The notes below the pieces were generated by a model. The model searched no databases, was not told where the DNA came from, and saw only the letters and a list, made by a program, of their open reading frames with translations. The position numbers and the translations under genes are program-made. From the NCBI GenBank assembly GCA_963755715.1, contig CAVWLW010000069.1, positions 128,001-192,000 on the forward strand: 64,000 nt of DNA. The letters run 5' to 3'. The stretch is from an uncultured delta proteobacterium. GTDB taxonomy: Bacteria; Desulfobacterota; Binatia; UBA9968. How positions within the stretch are numbered: the stretch's first letter is position 1; the number at the start of each line of letters is the position of its first letter. Positions 31,093 to 41,160 of the stretch are shown piece by piece.

Positions 31093-32109
31093 TCAGCGCA
31101 GCGATAGGCGAATCACGGCAGGATACGGCAGAGTGCTTTGGCAAGGGTCGGAACTAAGCGGAGTCGTATCAAGCGCGCGTCGTAACGATCTAACCATCGG
31201 GCATTCTCCGCTCAGCCCACCATTGGACTCAAGCGTCCAGCGCCCCTGAACGACATGGTGTGACGTCCACAAGCGCGCCTCATCATCAATGAGCCCGCGA
31301 TCGAGCACCCACTGCATTGGCATCGTCGAACCGGCGACAATACCCATCTCGCCCGAGTCAACGGCGTCCGCGCCAAGCAAACCACACTGCGCATCGCCGC
31401 CACCCGTGACGACTGGAATGCCCGGCTGCAAACCCAGGTGGGCAGCCGCATCTTTGCCGAGCGGCCCAAGCGCGGTGCCCGACGAGACTACCTCCGGAAA
31501 AAGATGTCGTGGTAAGCCCAGCGAGCGAATGAGATCATCTGCCCACCGTCTCGCGCTAACCTCGAACAGGCCACTTTCGCTCGCCACCGATGGCTCAGCG
31601 ACCATCTTTCCCGACAGCCGATACGCCAACCAATCGCTCAGTCCCAACACCGCGTGTGCCCGGCCGAGAAGCTCTGGCGCTGAGTCCGCCATCCACAATA
31701 GGCGCGAAGCCGTGAACAAGGGCGCGGGAAAGTGTCCGGTGCGCTCATGAAACTCGCGCCCGCGTTCGCCCGCCAGCTGAAGGCCTTGCAGCGCGCCGCG
31801 CCCGTCCCGCGTCGGGGTCGCAAGCAGCACTTCTCCTCTGGCATCCACCACTACCGACCCATGGCGCATGCCTGTGGTAGAGACCGCCAAGACATCCTGG
31901 GGCCGCGCACCGACCTTTGCCATCGCCTCGCATGTGGCTTCACCGAAAAAACGCCATACCTCGACGGTATCGAGGTCATAGCCGAATCCAGCTGTCATCC
32001 GGTGCTGCCACGGGCGACACGTGCTCACCGCGTCGCCAGACTCCACGTCGAGAAGTAAACAGCAGCCTTTTTTGCTGCCGAGGTCGAGCCCCATCAAGTA
32101 CTGCGCCAC
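31093..32109 (-). pseudogene. Truncated paralog of the FGGY kinase domain, joined to the 3' end of a ferritin-like gene copy
   Basis: About 300 aa closely match the N-terminus of 25904..29890 up to WTLESNGG. Positions 31113-31211 then read AENARWLDRYDARLIRLRLVPTLAKALCRILP* in another frame, matching the C-terminus of 33550..34455. Confidence 0.85.
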
Positions 32110-32309
32110 TAATTTCCTTTCGGTAAGAAAAGTCTAGGGAATTTAAAGCCGTCTTACCGTAATCGGGGCTCAGATGTCCAGCTTAGGAGGGGTTATGTAG
32201 CGCTAAGGAATTTGCGTTTAGCGCACCATTCCTCACCTTTATCCGAGGACTAACTATGCGTTATCGGACGAAGTGACAAACGGAGCGCTTTATCGAAAAA
32301 TCGCAGGGA

Positions 32310-33152
32310 TTAAGGGGCGCTAGTCCGGCAGGCGGATCCGAAGTTTTCTTTCAGAAAGGCTGTAGTTTTTTTTCTGACGTCTGCCACCGGCAGCAGATGC
32401 CCATTATCGGGATAGAGAACGAATTGGTAGGGTTTCTTCGCAGCCTCGAGGGAGTCGCGCAAGAGATTTGCCTGTTGGACGGAAACCACTAAATCTTTTC
32501 CACCATGCAGAACTAGGGTCGGAGCGTGCCACGTGGAGACCTCCGGGAGTATGCTGATGAGCTTGGGGTTCTGTTCGCCGTTAGGATTCAACATGGAACG
32601 AAACCATGGTGCATCCTGATAGAACCGATTCAGGTCATATGCTCCTGAGTGCAAGATGATCCCTTCGATTCCCTCCATCCTGTTTGCCAGCAGCGAGGTG
32701 AAGAATGCGCCACGAGAGAAACCGTAAAGGTAGGATCGCTTCGAATCGATCCACGGGAGCTTTCTTATTACAGAGGCGGCATCTAGGACGACGCTTAAAG
32801 TGACTTTTGGATCTGTCCCGGGCAGCACTTCTGTTGCGCCATAGCCGGGAAGCGAAACGGCTAAAGCAGCATAGCAGACATCGTTGGCAAAAGCTTCTGC
32901 CTCACGTACGACGCTTTTGGCGCCGATGGATCCAAGAGTGTGGCCGTGGAGCAGGATCATAAGCGGGAACGGGCCGGGCCCTGCGGGTTTGATGAGATAG
33001 GCCTCGGCATTTGAACCAGAAGTCGGAAAGAGAAAATGGCTGGTGACACCGGGGGAAACGTCAACCAGCGCATCTATGGATATCGTCTTGGCGGCGTTGC
33101 ACGCAAAGAGATGGAAAATACCAAAAGCTGGGAATATGAATCTGCGAAGCAT
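32310..33152 (-). CDS. Alpha/beta hydrolase (S9 peptidase-like), probably a lipoprotein
   Basis: LFAC lipobox, LLHGH, YGFSRG, LHGGKD and NGH triad; start chosen at ATG 33152. Confidence 0.82.
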   Translation of the reverse strand: MLRRFIFPAFGIFHLFACNAAKTISIDALVDVSPGVTSHFLFPTSGSNAEAYLIKPAGPGPFPLMILLHGHTLGSIGAKSVVREAEAFANDVCYAALAVSLPGYGATEVLPGTDPKVTLSVVLDAASVIRKLPWIDSKRSYLYGFSRGAFFTSLLANRMEGIEGIILHSGAYDLNRFYQDAPWFRSMLNPNGEQNPKLISILPEVSTWHAPTLVLHGGKDLVVSVQQANLLRDSLEAAKKPYQFVLYPDNGHLLPVADVRKKTTAFLKENFGSACRTSAP

Positions 33153-33549
33153 CGGGTACTTGCTTCGATGAAGTGTTCTTCGGGTTTCATGAAACTGCCT
33201 GACACATATGGACGCAACAACTGCGAACGATGAGACTTTTGCAAAGCTCTTGGTGTTCCACACGCGGAACACCGTCGCGCAATTCTTAAGCCAAGGGAAT
33301 GGCTTGGGTAAATTGGCGAATAAGGAAACTTCTATCCCTCTAGGGTGCGCCATTACGCGGAGTTCGTGAGCTTGAAAATGCTCCGTTGTCCGTAATTGTC
33401 CGTAGTTGTATTGATGAGCTTCTCTGTTTGGTGAGTTCTAGATGAGATGAGAGATGGCTTAGAAAATTTAGCCGGCCATTAAAGATTGAAAATTGGGTCC
33501 AAAACTCGCGGACAGCGGAAATGCTGTCGGCGAATGGTTACTGAGGACA

Positions 33550-34455
33550 TCAGGGCAGCAAACGGCACAATGCTTTAGCGATGGTCGGCACGAGACAGGG
33601 TCGTATCAAGCGCGCGTCATAGCGATCTAACCGTCGGGCATTCTCCGCCAGACACAGTTCAAGAAAACGTCGCGGCGTGATCTCCTTAGTGATCTGCTGA
33701 TGCGCTTTCATGGTAAAATCCTTGTTCGTGCGTACCCCGAGCGCAATCTTTAGGCGCTTGTGTGCCTGTAAAACTCTTTCCAATGCTCCGAGTCCGAGAC
33801 GCTTTTGGCGCTGCCAAAAAGGGCTTTGAGCCCGGTGGTAGGCTTCCCAGTTGACGAAAAAAAGAACGTGGCGCGCCTCCTCCTGTATAACCGGCTCAAA
33901 CGTCTCGACCAACGGCCGTGGGACAAGTCCTGAGTCACTTGCGATGGCAAAGAGCGCACAGCTGAAAAAGGCATCGAAACACTCGCTATAGCCGAAACGC
34001 AGGAATTCCCATTCGGCATCCACCGGCGGTAGTGGCGGCGGTAAATGAGGCATGGGAATCCCGTAGCGAGTCGTAAGACCTTCGATAATAGCCGCATGCC
34101 GCGCTTCTTCTTGCGCTAGGAGCGTCACCGCCTGGCATATTAAAGGATCGGTTTGAAGAGCCGCATAACTCTGAATCGTGCACGTCCCCAGACGTTCGGT
34201 CTCCATCGCTTGGCTCCATACGGGCAAGCTGTGGAGGAACTTGAGGCTGCCCTCGTCGAGCTCAGGCCATTCAATAGCAGCAGGATCGAAGGCGATATGC
34301 GTATCTATAAAGAACCGACAGAATAGCTCCTTGTGCTCCGTCGAACCGACGACGAGCGGGCTCGATCGGCCATTCTGAGGCACAAGCGAGTGGGTTTGTA
34401 ATGCCATCGCTCGGCTTATGTCGTTGGTGAAGTTATCATCGCCTTTCTGTTCCAT
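33550..34455 (-). CDS. Ferritin-like domain protein
   Basis: GSTEHKELFCRFFIDTH, ETE, QEEARH, GYSECFDAFF and QEEARH give duplicated ExxH motifs. Confidence 0.82.
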   Translation of the reverse strand: MEQKGDDNFTNDISRAMALQTHSLVPQNGRSSPLVVGSTEHKELFCRFFIDTHIAFDPAAIEWPELDEGSLKFLHSLPVWSQAMETERLGTCTIQSYAALQTDPLICQAVTLLAQEEARHAAIIEGLTTRYGIPMPHLPPPLPPVDAEWEFLRFGYSECFDAFFSCALFAIASDSGLVPRPLVETFEPVIQEEARHVLFFVNWEAYHRAQSPFWQRQKRLGLGALERVLQAHKRLKIALGVRTNKDFTMKAHQQITKEITPRRFLELCLAENARRLDRYDARLIRPCLVPTIAKALCRLLP

Positions 34456-34551
34456 TTGAGTTCCCGGTTTTTCGGTTTAATTGTCCCTTTTTATGCTAAA
34501 TCTCAGGAAATTAAAAGCTAATTTGTTGTCACGCTCGTAAAGGAGCTCTCA

Positions 34552-35709
34552 GTGGAAACATTTTGCATATTGATCGCGGCCCTCTCGACTGTTTTGTGGG
34601 TCGGTTTCGCTCTATTGCCCTGGGGGCTTTGGCGTAATCGCGAGGTACTCGAAGCGGCTCCGACCGCCGCCGACGCACCGCTAGCGCAAATCACCGCCGT
34701 GATCCCGGCTCGCAATGAGGCCGAGCTTATTCAGCAGACGATCCCTCGCGTCGCCGCACAGGGAACGGATCTGAAGATTATTTTGATCGACGATGGATCC
34801 GATGACGGCACCGCGGCCGTGGCGCGCCAGCTTGCCTATTCCAATCTTCGAATCATCGAAAGCGCGCCGCTGCGCGACGGCTGGAGCGGCAAGCTTTGGG
34901 CGCTAGAACAAGCCTGGCGCCAGGTGACGACTCGGTACACTCTGTTCCTCGACGCCGATATGAAATTGGCGCCCGGCAGCATCAGAGCGCTCGAAAACCA
35001 GATGCAGCAGCAAAGCACGGCCTTCATTTCGCTTATGGCCGCTCCTTCGATGGCGTCGGGCTGGGAAAAGCTCCTAATGCCCGCATTTATTTACTTCTTC
35101 AAGGCCCTTTATCCATTTCACCGAGTAAATTCGTCCGATAGCAAAATGGCGGCGGCGGCAGGTGGATGCATCCTTGTGGAGACCCGGGTTTTGGAACAAA
35201 TCGGCGGCTTTGAATCGATCAAGTCTGCGGTCATCGACGATTGTGCATTCGCCCAACGCGTCAAATTACACGGATTTAAAATTTGGTTGGGTTTGACGCA
35301 TTCGGTGGAAAGTATTCGGGGTTATAAAAAATTAAGGGAGATTGGCGACATGGTCGCCCGATCTGCTTTTGCGCAGCTTCATTACTCCCACGGTCTTTTG
35401 ATCCTCTGCACCTTCGTCCTGCTGCTGCTCTACGCCCTCCCTGCTTTCATGCTCGCATCTTCAAATGGCGTAATCCGCTATCTTTCGCTGGCGTCGTTGG
35501 GGACGATGCTTTTGACTTATTTGCCGACACTCCGATTCTATCGGCGATCATGGGCTTGGGCGCTCTGTCTGCCTCTGATCGCCGGGTTCTTTCTTGTGAT
35601 GACCTGGACGTCGGCGATTCGCTACTGGCGTGGCGAACGCACACGCTGGAAAGGCAGGGTCTATGCCCGCGAAGGCGTTGCCGCGTCGAGCGAAAGACAA
35701 TCTAAGTAA
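34552..35709 (+). CDS. hpnB: Hopene-associated GT2 glycosyltransferase
   Basis: VIPARNEA, IDDGSDDGT, GWSGKLWAL, DAD, AAAGGCILV, IDDC, MVARSAFAQL and WKGRVY. Confidence 0.9.
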   Translation: METFCILIAALSTVLWVGFALLPWGLWRNREVLEAAPTAADAPLAQITAVIPARNEAELIQQTIPRVAAQGTDLKIILIDDGSDDGTAAVARQLAYSNLRIIESAPLRDGWSGKLWALEQAWRQVTTRYTLFLDADMKLAPGSIRALENQMQQQSTAFISLMAAPSMASGWEKLLMPAFIYFFKALYPFHRVNSSDSKMAAAAGGCILVETRVLEQIGGFESIKSAVIDDCAFAQRVKLHGFKIWLGLTHSVESIRGYKKLREIGDMVARSAFAQLHYSHGLLILCTFVLLLLYALPAFMLASSNGVIRYLSLASLGTMLLTYLPTLRFYRRSWAWALCLPLIAGFFLVMTWTSAIRYWRGERTRWKGRVYAREGVAASSERQSK

Positions 35710-36407
35710 AGCTGCGAGGCATCCAGCACCGGCCCGCGAATTTTCTTCAAAGTTTTTCGCGCAGCGTTGTACTGCAAGCTGAGTTTGATCATCGCGATCC
35801 CATCCGCCGGGCGGAGAATGGCGCGAGCGAGAAGACTCTGGACGTTGATATCGCCGTTGGAATCGAGTGCTCGCATGACGTTCTCTGGAATTTGCGTGGA
35901 TGCGGTATCGACGACCGCCCGGACGACTGCGAAAGGCAACCGGCGCTCCCGCGCAAGCCGCGCCTGTGCGGCGCTCTCCATGTCGGTCGCTGTCGCCTGC
36001 GTTCGTTGGGCTAGAGCCTGCTTTTCGCTTGGAGTTTGTACGATGGCAGCGCTTTCCACCAGCGGGTCTGTGCCAACGGGACATTTGGCGGACAAGGCTT
36101 GATAGAGTCGTCGATGCCATTCGCTGCTGACGGCGTGACTTTCGCCCGTCACCCCTACAATGAGTTTAGGAAGCAACACGCTTCCCGCAGTCAGGCGGTC
36201 GTCGAGGGCAGCGGCATAACCCCAGCTCAAGAGCGCGGTCGCCCCTCGCGATACCAAAAGCGCGCCCGCGGCATAGGTGCGCTCCGATCCTATCCCGGAG
36301 TACGCAACCAATATATTGTCTCCGATCGTCGTGCATGTTCCCGCGGGAATCGCTTGCCGCGTTAGGCTTTTTAGCTCCCAGGGAAGCGCGACCACGATTC
36401 CCAGCAT
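35661..36407 (-). CDS. hpnG: Hopanoid-associated nucleoside phosphorylase
   Basis: GIVVAL, LLSWGYAAAL, TDMESAA and VRAVVD; directly downstream of shc. Confidence 0.85.
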   Translation of the reverse strand: MLGIVVALPWELKSLTRQAIPAGTCTTIGDNILVAYSGIGSERTYAAGALLVSRGATALLSWGYAAALDDRLTAGSVLLPKLIVGVTGESHAVSSEWHRRLYQALSAKCPVGTDPLVESAAIVQTPSEKQALAQRTQATATDMESAAQARLARERRLPFAVVRAVVDTASTQIPENVMRALDSNGDINVQSLLARAILRPADGIAMIKLSLQYNAARKTLKKIRGPVLDASQLYLDCLSLDAATPSRA

Positions 36408-38410
36408 CAGCTTTCGTCGGCTGTCAAATTGCGATAGCGGGCCAACGCCAGCAGCGGAAAGTATTTGTCGTAACCGTGATATTTTAAGTAAAAGACCCGC
36501 GGGAATCCGGGCGCGTTGAAGTCGGGGTCACTCCAAAAGCCGTCCGACTCTTGGGTTTGCAAAAGGAACTCGATACCGAGCTGAACAGACTCTGAGTGCA
36601 CCTCACCGGCGCTCATCAAGCCCAACACAGCCCACGCCGTGTGAAAGGACGTGCTGCGCTCGGCGTGGTCGCGTTTGGACGGCTCAAAATAAGTATCGCA
36701 TCCTTCCCCCCAGCCGCCGTCGGCGCGCTGTATGCTCTTGAGCCAAGCGGCGCCGCGCCGCACCGACTCGTGTGTTGGGCTCACGCCTTCCTCTTCCAAA
36801 GCGATCAGCACGGACCAAGTGCCGTAGATATAATTCGTTCCCCACCGCCCGTACCATGAACCATCCGGCTGCTGTGAACGGAAAAGGTATTCCAGACATT
36901 TTCCTTTGACGGATTTAATTTCCGGCCCATCAGCCAGCCGCGCCAGCAACATTAGACAGCGCGCGCTTACGTCCTCTGTGGGCGGATCTAGCAGGGCGCC
37001 GTGATCAGCGAAGGGAATTTCGTTGAGGTAGGTGTGATCGTTATCAGCATCAAACGAAGCAAAGCCGCCGTTTTTCGACTGCATGCCACAAATCCATTCA
37101 GCTGCGCGCTGCACCGGATTGTCAAAACATCGTTCGCCGCTCTTATGCATCCCATAGGCAACCGCTGCCGTGTCGTCGAGATCGGGATAGTGAGAATTTA
37201 TGAACTGAAAGGGCCATCCGCCGCCTCTCACTCTTGGCCTGTTAAAAGTCCAGTCTTGAGGCTCCTCCAGCAGTTGTTTTTCAGTCAGCCAAGCGAATGA
37301 ATCTTTGACTGCGCTCAAGCTCCGCTCGTCGCCGATCTCCTGAAGCGCGATACAAGCCCACGCGCTATCCCACACCGGCGACATGCACGGCTGGCAATAA
37401 GCGCTCCGTTCACTGACCACCAACAGATCCTTGATCGCTTGTCTTTCCTGAGCTCGCAACGGATGGTTGGCTGGATAACCAAGAAACTCCAGCGCTTCGT
37501 AGGCATTGACCATCGCAGGAAAAATGGCCCCCAGCCCGCCGGCACCATTGAGCTGTTCCAATATCCAGGCTTCGGCCTTTTTGATGGCGCGGCGGCGAAG
37601 CCAGCGCGGCATTAATGGATATAGCTTGAGTCCCAGCCGATCCAGCACGAGCAAGACCCGATTAAGAACAGAACGAGTGGGAAAATAGCCGCTTCGTTGC
37701 CAAGGATCTCCGTCGAAGAGTTCTCGGATCGAGATTTTTTTTGGATTTCGCGCCCGCGCTTTGAACGTGTAGAGAATAAACAACGGAACCATGACGGTGC
37801 GCGACCAATAAGAAACTTTGAACAGGTGAAAAGGAAACCAGCGCGGCAGTAAAACAATTTCCACCGGTAAAAATGGCACAGCGCGCCAGGGCAGCTGCTC
37901 GAAAATGGCGAGCGCAATCCGCGTAAATACGTTGGCCCGAGAGGCTCCGCCAAGGCGAAGAATCGCCTCCCGAGCTCTGACCATATGAGACAGCTCAGGC
38001 GAGTCACCGGCAAGCTTGAGCGCATAGTAGCATTTCACCGAGCAACTGATTTCAGCGCCGCCGCCGTAGTAAAGCGGCCAACCGCCGCCTTCGAGTTGAT
38101 GAGCGCGCAGATACGCAGCGAGCTTGCGTTCGAGCCCCTCGTCGAGCTCGTCGGCGTAATGCATCATCAGAATATACTCGGCAGGAATGGTGCAATCGGC
38201 CTCCAGCTCGAAGCACCAGTACCCTTCAGCGTGTTGCGCGCGGAGAAGCGCGCTCGCAGCACCCTCTATGGCGTGCTCGAGCTTGGCTAACGGCAGTTTT
38301 TTAGAAAGACCGATCGTTTCTCGTTCTGGCGAATGATCGGCGTAGGCGATGCCGTCCCTCATACAGGAGATAATTCTCCCGGCGACATCACAGCGCTCTA
38401 TCAACCTCAA
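36407..38410 (-). CDS. shc: Squalene-hopene cyclase; start may be 38362
   Basis: ELEADCTIPAEY, YPDLDDTA (DxDD), QW repeats, GRWGTNYIYGTW and GFPRVFYLKYHGY. Confidence 0.97.
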   Translation of the reverse strand: MRLIERCDVAGRIISCMRDGIAYADHSPERETIGLSKKLPLAKLEHAIEGAASALLRAQHAEGYWCFELEADCTIPAEYILMMHYADELDEGLERKLAAYLRAHQLEGGGWPLYYGGGAEISCSVKCYYALKLAGDSPELSHMVRAREAILRLGGASRANVFTRIALAIFEQLPWRAVPFLPVEIVLLPRWFPFHLFKVSYWSRTVMVPLFILYTFKARARNPKKISIRELFDGDPWQRSGYFPTRSVLNRVLLVLDRLGLKLYPLMPRWLRRRAIKKAEAWILEQLNGAGGLGAIFPAMVNAYEALEFLGYPANHPLRAQERQAIKDLLVVSERSAYCQPCMSPVWDSAWACIALQEIGDERSLSAVKDSFAWLTEKQLLEEPQDWTFNRPRVRGGGWPFQFINSHYPDLDDTAAVAYGMHKSGERCFDNPVQRAAEWICGMQSKNGGFASFDADNDHTYLNEIPFADHGALLDPPTEDVSARCLMLLARLADGPEIKSVKGKCLEYLFRSQQPDGSWYGRWGTNYIYGTWSVLIALEEEGVSPTHESVRRGAAWLKSIQRADGGWGEGCDTYFEPSKRDHAERSTSFHTAWAVLGLMSAGEVHSESVQLGIEFLLQTQESDGFWSDPDFNAPGFPRVFYLKYHGYDKYFPLLALARYRNLTADES

Positions 38411-39569
38411 GGTCGCTGGTTTCGGCCGGCGACCAGCGCGTTGAAGTGGGCGTTAAAGGTAGTCGGAACGCAGCAAGATAAAAAAGCAACCTCAACAGAC
38501 CATCGTTTTGGACCGCGAGCCGGCTCATCAAGACAGTCCCCTTGACGCTTAATCGTGATATCTTAACCTGACTTCCATCTGTGTAATCAAGGTTCTTGTT
38601 GATCTTGCGTAGGGTTAACAGAGCGAAGCCGATTGCCCAGAGACAGAAATTGCGGATCCCGACTTCCTGCCCGGGAATAAGTAGTGTGTATGTCAAGGCG
38701 TTTTTCAAGTGTCCGTGGGCGATGCCGATAAGACGCTGAACCCCGCGCTGGAACTCTTCTCGTTTCTCTGCTCTCGTTAAATCGCGGAGATCGAGTCCTT
38801 CTTCAGCGAAAATCTCTCGGGGCAACCAGCACGCGCCATTCCGATAGTCTTCCCAAACATCTTTCAGGATATTTGTCATCTGCAGGCCCTGGCCGAAGGA
38901 AATTGCCAACCCCATTAAGGCGTCATGACGCTTGGCGATTTCCGGCGAATGGAGACAAAACAGACTAGTCAGCATCTGGCCCACAACGCCTGCAACGTAA
39001 TAGCAATAGCGATCGAGGTCCTCGAGAGTTTGCAGACCGTGTTTCTCATTTCGCAGCTGAAATTGTGTCATGCCTTGAGCCATGGTGCGGACGCAATGCT
39101 GCAATGCTTCGCGTTGAGCCGCAGAGAAGCTACGGGCGATTTGGATCACGCGAGGAGCGTTACGAATCAATTCGTGTTCGGCTGGCGATGTTTGCTTCGA
39201 GAGCGACGCGCACAATTGCCGAGCGAACAGCGCGGCATTTTTTCCGCCGTCTAGGGCTCTTAAAAACTGCTGACAAAAATAGTTCTTTCGTGCGCCGTCC
39301 AAGAGCGGCTCGTCTTCGATGGTGTCAACGATGCGGCAAAGGAGATAGGCATTGGATACAACTCGGTAAAGCGCGGCAGGAAGCTGCGGAATGGTCAAGG
39401 CGAACGTGCGGGAGACTCCCTGCAACATGTCAGATTGAAAGTCATCGTCGCCGGGCCATGCCTTGTTCGGCCCGAGATCTACAGGATCCGAAAGAGGGGG
39501 CGAAGTAAAAGTAAATTGAGGCACGGCGCTTTCGTTTCTAAAAGCATCATGCTCGATCCGTCCCTTCAT
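38388..39569 (-). CDS. Squalene synthase (farnesyl-diphosphate farnesyltransferase type)
   Basis: VSRTFAL, YLLCRIVDTIED, YCYYVAGVVG and GLQMTNILKD. Confidence 0.9.
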   Translation of the reverse strand: MKGRIEHDAFRNESAVPQFTFTSPPLSDPVDLGPNKAWPGDDDFQSDMLQGVSRTFALTIPQLPAALYRVVSNAYLLCRIVDTIEDEPLLDGARKNYFCQQFLRALDGGKNAALFARQLCASLSKQTSPAEHELIRNAPRVIQIARSFSAAQREALQHCVRTMAQGMTQFQLRNEKHGLQTLEDLDRYCYYVAGVVGQMLTSLFCLHSPEIAKRHDALMGLAISFGQGLQMTNILKDVWEDYRNGACWLPREIFAEEGLDLRDLTRAEKREEFQRGVQRLIGIAHGHLKNALTYTLLIPGQEVGIRNFCLWAIGFALLTLRKINKNLDYTDGSQVKISRLSVKGTVLMSRLAVQNDGLLRLLFYLAAFRLPLTPTSTRWSPAETSDLEVDRAL

Positions 39570-39655
39570 GGTTTACGTTCTCTTGCGGCCGTCGCTTTTA
39601 CTTCTTAAATGGTAAATCTTTGCTCTCATTCTGAACGGCTCTTCACTGCGTGCGA

Positions 39656-40606
39656 CTACTCGGTTCTGCCAGTCACGTAACTGGCCATCTCCCGCAGCGG
39701 CTCCGCCGCTTTGCCGTAAGGCTCGATTTCCCTGAGGCATTCAGCAAAAAGGGCTTGTACGCGGTCCCTGGCCTTTGCTTTCCCGGCGACCGCTAAATAA
39801 TTAGCTATGCCCTTGTGGTTGTCCTCCGAGATTTCATGATCGTCCAATATGTCATCCGTAATCTGGAACGCCAGTCCCAAAGAGCGAGCGTATCGGGTAA
39901 TCCTGTCGAGATCCTCGCGTGTGGCTCTTCCGATTATCGCTCCGACACGGGCTGCTGTCGTGATCAGCGCGCCTGTCTTCAGGCGATCGAGATCCTCCAA
40001 AACAGCTGGTGTTACCTTGCGTTTCTCCAATTCGAACTCTTTACTTTGTCCGCTGATCATTCCTCGTACCCCGGCTGCCCCGGATATCTCGCGAATGAGC
40101 TTTGCGATCAAAGCACCCCCCAAAATGCGTGTAACGGCGGGGTCAGACACGATAAAAAAAGCTTCCGTAAGTAAAGCATCGCCGGCGAGAAGCGCTATTG
40201 CCTCGCCAAAGCGCTTGTGGCAAGAAGGTTTTCCTCGACGGAAGTCGTCATTGTCGAGTGAAGGCAGGTCGTCGTGTATCAGCGAGTAGCAATGAATCAA
40301 CTCAATCGCGCAGGCAAAAGACAGCATCGGAGCGCGTTTGGCGCCGAACAGTTCTCCGACCGCTAAAGTCAATGTGGGGCGGAACCGTTTCCCCGCATCC
40401 AGAACGCTATAACACATGGCTTGATGAAGCAGCGGTGGAATTTGGGGAACTCTTGTTTTCAGGTATTGGTCTAAAGCATCGTCAATGAGCGATTTACACT
40501 GATCAAAATATTGGCGGCTATCGATAGCTGTCTGAGCGGCATTCGTCTGGCCCGAGTCTTTATGAGTTCTCTTTTTGAGAGTGGTAATCGTGAAGTTGTA
40601 TCCCAT
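39656..40606 (-). CDS. ispA: Polyprenyl (farnesyl) diphosphate synthase
   Basis: GKRFRP, SLIHDDLPSLDNDDFRRGKP, KTGAL and FQITDDILD. Confidence 0.9.
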   Translation of the reverse strand: MGYNFTITTLKKRTHKDSGQTNAAQTAIDSRQYFDQCKSLIDDALDQYLKTRVPQIPPLLHQAMCYSVLDAGKRFRPTLTLAVGELFGAKRAPMLSFACAIELIHCYSLIHDDLPSLDNDDFRRGKPSCHKRFGEAIALLAGDALLTEAFFIVSDPAVTRILGGALIAKLIREISGAAGVRGMISGQSKEFELEKRKVTPAVLEDLDRLKTGALITTAARVGAIIGRATREDLDRITRYARSLGLAFQITDDILDDHEISEDNHKGIANYLAVAGKAKARDRVQALFAECLREIEPYGKAAEPLREMASYVTGRTE

Positions 40607-41160
40607 GTGTGGCCTGAACCGAGGTTTAGCTCATTTTATCCCGTCTGATTTAATACTATTACTCCAATTTCTTTGGTTTTTTCAACCCGTCCACTACGAG
40701 TTTCTGACGGTTAAGATTTTACAGCACGAGCCTATTCACGTTGTTCGTCGTGCACTCGATTTAGAAGAAACAATTTCTCTTCATGAAAAAACCGACGTCA
40801 ACCCCGAAAATGACGAATTTCATTGGGCCTTGGCCAATCGCGCGGAACCTTTTACGCGGTCCTATTCCGCGCCTTTGATAAACGCTTCGGCGCGCTTCGT
40901 CACCGGCAAACTGTGGCGGCGGCTTCATAAAATAACTCGAGATCCGACGAGCGCGTCGCCGATACCGCGGTCAACGCCAACGTGGCGCAGCCCATCGACC
41001 ACCACTCCCGCCTAATCGGTCGAATGCCAAACCTCGACTTTCATTTTGCAGTTGAGCGGACGAACGCCTGGAGAATCTTTAGGAATGGCCTCGCTAACAA
41101 GGCGCGGTCTCGGCAGGATCAGCGAGAGCAGCAAAAATCTCTGCTGTTTGATTGCTTCGC

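Noticed and set aside
40620-41160. ORFs 40575..41015 and neighbours
   Set aside because: No RBS or motifs, and they overlap the ispA upstream region; at most an unidentifiable remnant.
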